From the human T2T-CHM13v2.0 reference genome, Homo sapiens, in NCBI RefSeq assembly GCF_009914755.1, contig NC_060933.1: a stretch of 64,000 bases of DNA; one strand, given 5' to 3'. The stretch's first letter is position 1. Each line of letters opens with the position of its first letter. The notes under the pieces are model-generated. The model was not told the origin of the DNA, searched no databases, and worked only from the letters and a program-made list of their open reading frames with translations. The position numbers and the translations under genes are program-made. Positions 45,609 to 64,000 of the stretch are shown one piece after another.

Positions 45609-46969
45609 GTGTGGTTCTAGGACCCCCACCTCACTGCAGCTGCTGTTTACTTGGCACCTGGGTCCCCTCACCCCTGTGACCACATAGGATGGCTCCCAAG
45701 GGTGGGGCTGGGATACGACCCCCAGTGATACCGGGAGCAGCTACACCTCCCTGAGTGGCAAGTGGGGTAGCTGAATATGGGCTGGCCGGTGGGTGCCCTC
45801 GGGCAGGGGTCGGGGTAGGGGGGTTGGGCCGGCTGCCCTCCTGCCGTGCCAGCCCTCGAGGTGTGCCCCTCGTCACCCACAGCCTGGTCCTCTGGCACAC
45901 GGCCCTAAAGCAGACATTACATCAACAGGCTCTCCTGCCTGATCACAGCTCCCAGGAAGACAGGGCGGGTGGGGGTGGCTGTGGGGGTGGGACATGGCTC
46001 TCAGGGCCTTGGAGCTGAGCTAGTCTGATCCCTCCCAGGTTCATTTTCCACACGGAGCTCAGGGAGGGTGTTTCTCACACTCCCCCACCTTTTTTTTTTT
46101 TTAAACCCCAACTATGGGGTCTCTTGAGAGGGTGCTCGTGGGGTCTCCCCTGGAGGGCACTGCTGGAGAGGGGGTGGGGTGGTGGCTGCCCAGCTGCAGG
46201 CTCCTGCCAGGACTGTGCTTCTGGGCGCTGCAGTCCAGAGGCGGCCCCCCTGCTGTCCCTCGAGGCCCTGGCTGACCTTGTGGCGGCCCCAGCCATCATC
46301 TCGGCCCCAACTCAGTCACTCCCTTCTTGGGCTTTGTTGCCATGGCTCAGAACACGCCCTCGTGCAGACTTTATTTTTAGGCTGAGTTGGTGAACCTGCT
46401 GATAGAATCTTAGGTTCTAGGATCAAGGCCGAGATGCTGTAGGCACCTTTCCTGTTTGAATTTAGCCTGGCACTGCTCGTGAAACTCAGCACTGGGGGCC
46501 ATGGCAGTCCTGTGCTCTGGCGCCCTCGAGGCGGAAAGAGACCCAAGCGTCATCTGGAGGGGCCGCCACATTGTGTGGTGCCTGCTGCCAAGGCCTTCAG
46601 CAGGGACCAGAAACAAAACTCACACTCTTTCTTCTCTGAGTTGAGACTGGAAAAATGAAAGATTGTTTTAGGGGAAACTTGAGGGAACAGTCTGGGCAGC
46701 CTGCAGGGCATGGCCCTGTTCCTCCAGGGCTGGGAAAGTCAGCACTGCTTTCTGGTGGCGACCTTCCCTCTGCAGCTGCTGGCTCAGCCGATTGTATATG
46801 CTGGGAGCTCTGCACTAAGCGCTGGGTGAAGGGTCAGCATTGTGGAGGCCCTGCCACGGAGGTGGTCTTCTTGGGAGCTGCACTCAGGCAAGAGGACCTG
46901 TTTGTGTGGAACATCTGCTTTAAGCAATGCTGGTGAACACAGCTTGTGTGCGGCACGCGTGCAGGCTGA

Positions 46970-47375
46970 GGACAGGCAGAATGGGCCTGGGGGCACGGTG
47001 GAGGACGAGGATGGGGAGGATGGGCCTGGGGGCACGGTGGAGGACGAGGATGGGGAGGATGGGCCTGGGGGCGTGTGGAGGACAGGGATGGGGAGGATGG
47101 GCCTGGGCACGTGGTGGAGGACGGGGACGGGGAGGATGGGCCTGGGCATGTGGTGGAGGACTAGGACGGGGGGAGGATGGGCCTGGGGGCATGTGGAGGA
47201 CGAGGATGGGGAGGATGGGTCTGGGGGCACGTGGTGGAGGACGAGGATGGGGAGGATGGGCCTGGGGGCACGCGGTGGAGAGGACTAGGACAGGGAGGAT
47301 GGGCTTGGGGGCACGCGGTGGAGGACGAGGATGGGGAGGATGGGCCTGGGGGCACGCGGTGGAGGACGAGGACGG
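46970..47375 (+). repeat. G-rich minisatellite, about 10 copies of a 38-43-bp unit (gggcctgggggcacggtggaggacgaggatggggaggat)
   Basis: gggcctggg-type anchor at 46983, 47022, 47061, 47099, 47138, 47179, 47217, 47258, 47301, 47342. Confidence 0.95.
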
Positions 47376-47722
47376 AAGGGTGGTCCTGGTGCTGCCACAG
47401 TGGGGTCCCTGCGTGCAGACCTTTGCACACAGTGTTCTGTCATGTGACTTGGAAAGCAGCCTCTGCCGAGTTCTGGCTGTCACTCACGTCTGTGTCTTGT
47501 TGGGTGGGAAGGAACTCGACTCTTCTTGTTTTGGGGTTCACTCTAGCCAGTGCCTCTTCTGAGGCAGGCTTGGGGCCCAACCTAAGCCCTGGGCCGGTCA
47601 GGGCTCCCTCTGTGGCTCTGCCGAGGTCCCAACCACTGCATTTAGTGGATCTCGCCATGTGGCTCTGCTCATCTTCTTAAGTTTTGGGGGTTACATTTGG
47701 GATTCTTAGAAATGCTTTTTCT

Positions 47723-49426
<1,704 letters not shown>

Positions 49427-50072
49427 TATTTTGAAAATCAGAATCTATTATTTTGTGGAATTGAAGATGCAGAGACTAGACTGGAATGAGAGAAGGTCCC
49501 TTCCTTTTGCCACAGTTGGCCCAGACTTGCTACTTCCCCCACCCCCTATAGCTAGTGGAGTAGGCAGAGCAGAGTTGGGTGGGGGAGGGGGTGTGGAGGG
49601 CCCACAGGCCCTTGTCTGTCCTGGGGCATCCAGGTTCACAGTCCTGACAGAGGCAGACTCAGGTTCTCCCTGAAAAGTGCTCTTCACGAGTGGGCAGTGG
49701 GTGCTTCATGATCTCTTTGGCAAGAAAATGTCTTTGCCAGATGTGTTATTTTTTGCATTTTCCTAATAATAATTCAAGTTCAGGAGTGGTAAGCTTTAGT
49801 CTAGGACTCCAGATGTCAGTGGACAGGAAAGGCCAGAATGGACACAGATTCCCCAGAGAGAAGCGGAATGCCGGTGGCTGGGGAGGGCTGGGGAGCCCGG
49901 GCGCTGTGGCAGGAGCAAGGCTGCCCACCACGTGGTCTCGGCTGGGCCTCAGCCTCTGGCCTGGGTCCTGGGATGGCCTCCTGCTGGTGGCCCTGCCAGT
50001 GTCCAGACCCTCGGGAGCCAGAGAGAGACGGCCCACAGACCTGTGTCCCCTCCCTGGGGCTCTCTCCTCCAG

Positions 50073-50291
50073 GTGACCTTAATGCTGCTCGACCAGAATA
50101 ACCGGGAGCACGTGATTGACGCCTTCAGGCCCGACGTGACTTCATCCTCTTTTCAGAGGCCAGTCAACGACATGAACATCGCAAGCGGCTGCCCCCTCTT
50201 CTGCCCCGTCTCCAAGATGGAGGCAAAGAATTCCTACGTGCGGGACGATGCCATCTTCATCAAGGCCATTGTGGACCTGACAGGGCTCTAA
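50073..50291 (+). CDS. TRAF2: TRAF2 exon 11 coding part; MATH C-terminus (VTLMLLDQNNREH...VDLTGL*)
   Basis: ctctctcctccAG| acceptor; TAA at 50289-50291. Confidence 0.98.
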   Translation: MTLMLLDQNNREHVIDAFRPDVTSSSFQRPVNDMNIASGCPLFCPVSKMEAKNSYVRDDAIFIKAIVDLTGL

Positions 50292-50978
50292 CTGCCCCCT
50301 ACTGGTGTCTGGGGGTTGGGGGCAGCCAGGCACAGCCGGCTCACGGAGGGGCCACCACACTGGGCCAGGGTCTCACTGTACAAGTGGGCAGGGGCCGCGC
50401 TTGGGCGCTTGGGAGGGTGTCGGCCTGCAGCCAAGTTCACTGTCACGGGGGAAGGAGCCACCAGCCAGTCCTCAGATTTCAGAGACTGCGGAGGGGCTTG
50501 GCAGACGGTCTTAGCCAAGGGCTGTGGTGGCATTGGCCGAGGGTCTTCGGGTGCTTCCCAGCACAAGCTGCCCTTGCTGTCCTGTGCAGTGAAGGGAGAG
50601 GCCCTGGGTGGGGGACACTCAGAGTGGGAGCACATCCCAGCAGTGCCCATGTAGCAGGAGCACAGTGGATGGCCTTGTGTCCCTCGGGCATGACAGGCAG
50701 AAACGAGGGCTGCTCCAGGAGAAGGGCCTCCTGCTGGCCAGAGCAAGGAAGGCTGAGCAGCTTGGTTCTCCCCTCTGGCCCCTGGAGAGAAGGGGGAGCA
50801 TTCCTAGACCCCTGGGTGCTTGTCTGCACAGAGCTCTGGTCTGTGCCACCTTGGCCAGGCTGGCTGTGGGAGGGTCTGGTCCCACGCCGCCTCTGCTCAG
50901 ACCACTGTGTGGGAGGTGCACAGCACAGCCTGCGGGTAAAGTGTGAGAGCTTGCCATCCAGCTCACGAAGACAGAGTT

Positions 50979-50984
50979 ATTAAA
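50979..50984 (+). terminator. TRAF2: Polyadenylation signal ATTAAA ending the about 0.7-kb TRAF2 3'UTR
   Basis: First AATAAA/ATTAAA hexamer I found after the stop codon; GT-rich sequence follows about 15-25 nt downstream. Confidence 0.85.
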
Positions 50985-53239
50985 CCATTCAAATCTCTGT
51001 GGTCAATGGCATCCATTTGATTCCAGGTTGCCTGCGGCTTCCAGCCTTGGCAGTGGTGACCCTCTGCGGGTCCTCCTGGCCTCTCCTCTCACAGACCCCT
51101 CCCCACGGGGTGCCTAGCCCCTGCCTGCTTCTCTAGCTAGCCAGGCTGTGTTCTCTGTTCCTCACCTGCTGTAAGCTCCCTCTTCTCGAGCCTTGTTCCC
51201 TCTTCTGGAATGTTCTTCCCTGTCCATCTCCTCTCCTGGGCCTCCCCAGGGACTCCTGTGAGAGCAGAATGAGGATGAGCCAGCCCTGGTCCTGCCTTTC
51301 TGTGCACAGGCTCCACCGAGCATCCTGGCTGCACCCGGGGGGTCCTGGCCACACCGAGGGTCCTGGCTGCACCGCCCCTGTGGTGTGTTTTTGGGACAGT
51401 GCAGGCAGGCGTAGGCACGGCTTCACACTCGGTGTCAGGGCAGCCGTGCTGGGACCTATTGGGCATCTGTATCGGGGTCCAGGATAAAGTGCTGTCCCCT
51501 CTCGACGTCTTCACGCACTGCTGTAGTTTGAGAAGTTGACCACAGAAAAGTACAGAAAATAACTCAGGCACGGAGCTGACCGACGGGCATTGTCTGTGTT
51601 CCGTGAGTGTGTACTGGGCCTAAAGAGCAAGCATTGCAGAGCCCTGCTGTTCCCTTTCCCGGCCTCACCTCAGCTCCCCAGGCCACGTGGCGGGAATTGA
51701 GGCGTTCCGGTTCTCTTTGGGCTTTAGAATTTTGCATCTGTACGTTTCTGTATTCACAAATAAGAATATTGCATTAAAAATGCAGAAACCATCCACTGGG
51801 TCAGCTGCAGGTAGCTGGGCTTTTGACTCAGCCTGGCTACTTTTAATGCATCTTGTGCTGGGCACTCTACATGGTGGATTCTGACTGCCGTGTGTGAGTT
51901 CCCTAGAGAGCACCTTCCAGTCTCTTCCCGTGTCTTCAGGGTTTGGTGACTGGAGATAGCCAGACCTGCTCTCCTGGGTCTCCTGTCAACCTGGAAGGAG
52001 GGTTGGTGGTTTCTAGGCCTCCCCTTTTTAGCAGTTGCCAGCTTGCTTTGCAGAGGGGCTGCATCCGGTCCTTCCACCAGCACCAGGGGGAGGGTTCCCA
52101 TCACTCCCATCCCTCCCATCCCTGCCCGTGCTTCGTGTTGTTGGAATTGAGATGCTGCAGCGTGCTGTGTGTGAAGTGAAGTGGCATCGCTGTCACGTGC
52201 GTTTCTCTGATGACTCGGCGGAGTCAGGCGTCTTTACCACGTTTACCTCTCCCTTGGATTCTCTCCCGTGCGAATTGCCTGTTGATGTCTTTTTCTCATT
52301 TTTCTTCTGGTTGTTGGTCTGGGTCTTATTCTGCTGGTTGGTAGGAGTTCCTGATATTCCTGATTACGGATTCTCGGTTGTGTCTTTGAACTGCGTTTCT
52401 GTTGCTCCTGATGTGCAGAAGCTTAAGCCTTACACATGATCAGCTGATCTTATCCTTTATGAATGGTGCTATTTCCGACTGACTCAGAACATCCTGACCT
52501 TCCCTGAGGCTGGAAACCACTGTCATGTTTTCGTCTAATGATTGTGAAGTTTTGTCTTTAACATACTGGGCTTCTATATTTGGGGATTTGTTTGTATGTG
52601 ACAGGTTTTGCTGGGTCACTGCAGTTTGTTAAAACAGATTGATTGAGGTCATCTCTTCTCACTTAAAACGAAATGGAACTGTGAAATGAGAGGAATGGAC
52701 CAAAAAAAAATCCTCCCCCAGGGACAAAGATGGGGAAGAAGCCAACATCCCACAAAGGATTTGAACCCATTTTGGAAGGTGGGAAGTGGGTTGGTGGGTG
52801 GCTGCTGAGCAGAAGAGGGCTGAGGGGGAAGCTGGCCACACCGGGAGGCCCTGGCATGGAGCAGAGTCTAAAAGTGGATCAACTGAAAGACGGGGCAGAG
52901 CAGCTACCTTGGAGGTCCTTTGCCAGAGCAGCCGGATGGTCCTCCTGGCCCTCACCTCCCTGCAGTGGAGATGGAGGTCTGGAGAACCTGGGGAAGAGCT
53001 GAGGACCGCACCCCCCACGCAGTGAGAGCAGCATCGGGCTCCAGGCTGCAGAAGGGGCAGAGGTCTGCACTCGGAACAATTCCCTAGGCACTGGCTGCCA
53101 CACCAAGAGGCTCCCACGAAGCAGACCGAGGCCCTTGAGGGACAAAATGCTCTGGAGCAGCCCCGTGGGCAGGCCTGGCCCAGCCGCCTCATGGCCTTCT
53201 GGGGAAGTGACAGGCTCTGTGCAAACCCACAGAGGTACC

Positions 53240-57349
<4,110 letters not shown>

Positions 57350-57350
<1 letters not shown>

Positions 57351-59374
57351 GTGGGCAGAAAATCGAGACCAGGAGTGGGTTTGTTGTCATCACAAATGCT
57401 CGAAAAATGTGGAAGCAGCTTTTGGAACTGGGTAGTAGGCAGAGGCCAGAAGAGTTTGGAGGAGCGAGAAGAAGCTTAGATGCCATTCATGGAGTGTAAA
57501 GGGTGATTTTGTTGAGGGCTCAGAAGAGAACTGTAGGGAAAGTCTGAAGCTTCTTTGAGAATACTTAAGTGGTCATGGTCAGAATGTTGGTAGAAATCTG
57601 GACAGTGAAGGCCATTCTGGTAAGATCTCAGACAGAAATGAAGAACAAGGTGTCAGAAACTGGAGGAATGACCATCCTAGTTATAAAGTGGCAGAGAACG
57701 TGGCTGAACAGTGTCCATGCCCAGTCCTTCCTTTGTGGAAGGAACTGGGATATCTGGCTGAAGAAATACTCAGGGTGTGGCATGTTTTCTTCTAACTGCA
57801 GAGAGTAAGATGTGAGAAGAGAAATGAATTAAAGATGGAATTTATAATTAACAAGGAAAGAATAGGGATCGTAAGGATTTTCAGCCTGCCCATTTAGGGA
57901 GTAAATAAGATGTCTTTAGGAGAACAGACCAAGTGTGTGGCCAAGCAACTTAGTATGGACAGAACGAAGCCAGAGGCTGCTCATCAGGACAGTGGGAAAA
58001 TGGCCCCAGAGGCATTTCAGATTCCTGGTGCTGCCCCTCCCACCACAGGCCCAGAGTGCCAAGGCCTTTGGGAAGGAAATATGTCAAAAGAGAGGTGTAG
58101 GGTGTGGACCTTAGAGCCTGCTGGCCAGGGCCACCCCAAGTCTTGGCTGTCTGCATTCCAGTGCAGACCCCCTAAGCCACTCCAGCCTGTCTCATGTGGA
58201 CCCAGGGAAGGTACAAGTCATAAGCCTTGGTGGTATCGATTCTGCAGCCTTGCAGGAGCTGTGGGGACATGGCTTCATCCACTGGGTGTCACACAGGATG
58301 TCACAAGTCTCCAGGCCAGAGCCATGGCAGAGAGCCCACACTAGGGCAATATGTGGTAGAGCCTTGGGGATAAGGCCACCCCTGAGACCCCAGAACTGGA
58401 GAGCCTCTAGTGTTCATTGCCAGCCTGGGAGAGCTGAAGGCACGAGACTCCAACCTAAGAGAGTTGTGTGAGGTCTGAGCCCAGCAAAGCTCTAGGGGTG
58501 AGGTTCCCAAGAGCCTGAGGACCCAGCCGCACCCCACGGCGTGCAGAAGGCAGGATTTGGAGTCAAAGATGATGATTCTCAAGCCTTAGGATTTAGTAGT
58601 ATTCTCCCTGTTGGACTTTGGACATGCTTTTGAGGCCTGTTATTCCTTTCCTCTTTATAATTTATCCCTTTGGAATGGAAATGTCTGTTCTATGCCTGCC
58701 CTACCATTGTATTTTGGAAGCACGTAACTTGTTTAATTTCACAGGCTCATAGTGGAGGGAAAGTTGCCTCAGGATGAATCATGCCTTGAGTCTCACCCAT
58801 GTTTGATTTAGACGAGACTCTGGGCTTTGGACTTTTGAATGGGGCCATTGGGATGGAATGAGTATATTTTGTATGTGAAAAGAACATGAATTGGTGTAGG
58901 GGCAGGGATGGAATGCTACGGTTTGAATGTTTTTATCTCCCAAACTCATGTTAATATTTAATTGTCATTGTAACAGTGTTAAGAGGTGGGATCCTTAAAG
59001 GGTGATTAGGTCAGAGGGAGGATAGGCTGGAATTGGTGCTGGTATAATAAGATGAGCTTGGCCCTCTCTTGCCCTTCCACCTTCCACAGTGACACAACAA
59101 GAAGGATTGCACCAGACGCTGGCACCTTACTCTGGGACTTCCCAGCCCCCAGAACTGTGAGCCAATAAATTTCTATTCCTTATAAATTATCTGGTCTCAG
59201 GTATTCGGTTATAGCAGCAAAAACAGACTAAGAGAAGACAATGTTTGTGCCCCCCCCACCCAATTTCCTGTGTTGAAACATAATCTCCAATGTGATGGTA
59301 CTTGGAGGCAGGACTTTTTAGATCATGAGGGTGCAACACTTGTGGATGGGATTCGTGCCCTTAAAAAGAGGCTG

Positions 59375-59375
<1 letters not shown>
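57350..59375 (+). mobile_element. ERVL-MaLR internal region (about 57350-58913) plus 3' LTR (about 58914-59235, MST/MLT1A-type), then a second MLT1A-like LTR fragment
   Basis: aatgtggaagcagc...tttggaactggg internal motif; purine-rich PPT ggggcagggatggaa before tgctacggtttgaatg; LTR end ttatagcagcaaaaacagactaaga with AATAAA. Confidence 0.8.
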
Positions 59376-61530
<2,155 letters not shown>

Positions 61531-61795
61531 ATTGAATCTTTTATTTTTTATTTTTATTTTTTAGAAACAGGGTCTCTGTCACCCAGGCTGGAGTGCAGTG
61601 GCCCGGTGATTGCTCCCTGCAGCCGTGGCCTCCCAGGGAACTAGGGTTTCAGGTGTGAGCCGCGGTGCCCAGCTGCAAGTTGAAATGTTGTGGTTCTTCG
61701 TGTGTCAAGCAATTTTGGGCTATATTCTAGACATTTTGAATATGACTTTATGAGATCTGGGTCATGTTTGAATCCTGTGGGAAATGTTGAAGTCT

Positions 61796-61982
61796 GGTTA
61801 GCAGGCACTTGGTCCTGTGAAGGTTGGGCCCACATTGTTCCTGCCCGCATGAGTATCTTTGGTTAGCAGGCACTTGGTCCTGGGATGGTCAGGCCCACAC
61901 TGCTCCCGCCTGCGTGGGTGTCTTTGGTTAGCAGGCACTTGGTCCTGTGAGGGTTGGGCCCACACTGCTCCCACCTGCGTGG
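61796..61982 (+). repeat. Three-copy 65-bp tandem repeat (ggttagcaggcacttggtcctg...ggcccaca...)
   Basis: Unit starts at 61796, 61861, 61926. Confidence 0.9.
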
Positions 61983-62624
61983 ACTCCTGTCTTCAGAGCT
62001 GCTGGTCTTTGGTCTGGGACCCAAGGCTGGTCTGCAGTTCCCCACGTCCATGGTGTGATCATTAGACCCATGTGTCTGCATGTGAGCTGAGCCCGGCATC
62101 CACAGCCACCCCATGTGGGTGCTTCCCAAGCTCCCCACGCTGGGTTTGGTTGCTGGGCTCACTCACTGTCAGTTCAGACAGTGACATGCCCTTGACTGGG
62201 CCGCGTTGGAGTCTATGTGGCAGGAGGACAGGGGAGGAAAGCTAATGGGGGTGGTCCCACCCTCAATACAGCCGCACTGAGCTGTGAGGGACTTTCTGGC
62301 CCCAAGTTTGGCTCTGATGGGTTCCTGTAGCCACCACTCCCACTGCCATCAGGGTCACAAAAGAATGGAGAAGAGGGTAAACCCAGGGCATTGCCTCACT
62401 GACCCTGCGCATCGGCGTGGGTTCCTTTCCCTGGCCCTTAGGGCTGCTCTGGGCTTTCTGCCTGGCCCCAGCACTCACGTCCGGTGTTGCGGCTGCGTGG
62501 AGTTCAGGTCATGGATGTTAGGTCAAGCACCAGTTCTGCGAAACTTGGGATCTTGCTGCTGCTCCCTGACCCAGCTCTCTGGCAGCTGCTCCAGGCCCCG
62601 TGCACAAGTTTCATAGCTGCAGTT

Positions 62625-63477
<853 letters not shown>

Positions 63478-64000
63478 CTAATTGGCTCCCTTTTTATTTT
63501 GAAATGTCCAAGTCCTCTTGATTTCTGTCCCCACTTTTGTTTTATGGTGCATAGGAATGTTTTTGTTAGTCTCCTTGAATGTGAACGTAGGTAAGTCCTT
63601 TTCAGGAAATTGCTCAATTCTTTGGAGCCTGCCCGTGGTGTGCTTGCATTTACAGAATCTGTCAGCTCCCTTCTGAGGGTGTTAGTCTCAGGGCAGCTTA
63701 TCTTGTCTGGGGGTCTTTGGTGTGTCTTCCTTCCTTTCCTTGTTCTCGCCCACGTTGGGGGTTTTATTATGAACTGCAGTGGTCCCCAGGGCTTCCCAGC
63801 TGGAGACCAGGAGTTGGCAGGGCAGAGGCTCCGTCCCTCTGGGTGGCGCAGCCTCTCTCGGTGGTGCTGTCCCTGATCCCGTCGGTGCTCGAGCTCAGCC
63901 CCAGGGTCTCTACCTGCGGCCCACGTGGCTCAGGGGAACCATCACCTCGACACTCACTCGTCTCCTCTGCGTCCTTTCTCTGTACGGGGTTGCTTGCTGC

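Noticed and set aside
46784-47680. Repetitive acidic or Gly/Trp-rich ORFs (GPGGTVEDEDGED)
   Set aside because: Translations of the minisatellite in several frames; no splice context

Overview
Human (primate) genomic DNA, GC-rich and very Alu-dense, containing the complete TRAF2 gene (TNF receptor-associated factor 2, 9q34.3) on the + strand. It has a CpG-island/CCAAT promoter at about 10.0-11.4 kb, a non-coding exon 1 ending at 10715, and ten coding exons (23058-50291). These join with GT-AG boundaries into 1506 nt = 501 aa + stop (RING, TRAF zinc fingers, coiled coil, MATH/TRAF-C), followed by an ATTAAA poly(A) signal at 50979. The MIR4479 hairpin lies at the start of intron 1. The rest is Alu/FAM/FLAM, L1, MaLR (THE1, MST/MLT1A), MER DNA-transposon relics, several minisatellites and a probable retrocopied 3'UTR fragment near 60.7-61.5 kb. 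I see no prokaryote-style novel system. The most interesting signals concern TRAF2 regulation and isoforms: (1) a candidate upstream first exon (about 6.1-6.2 kb) that would splice in frame to give a 30-aa N-terminal extension, near IRF/NF-kB/AP-1 motifs; (2) a 12-copy 74-bp VNTR carrying a near-consensus kB site per unit just upstream of the start-codon exon; (3) an 88-bp-period duplicated CCAAT promoter module; (4) a uORF-bearing cassette exon candidate in intron 1; (5) an in-frame +52-aa alternative donor at exon 4. Repeat boundaries and subfamily names were read by eye and are approximate.
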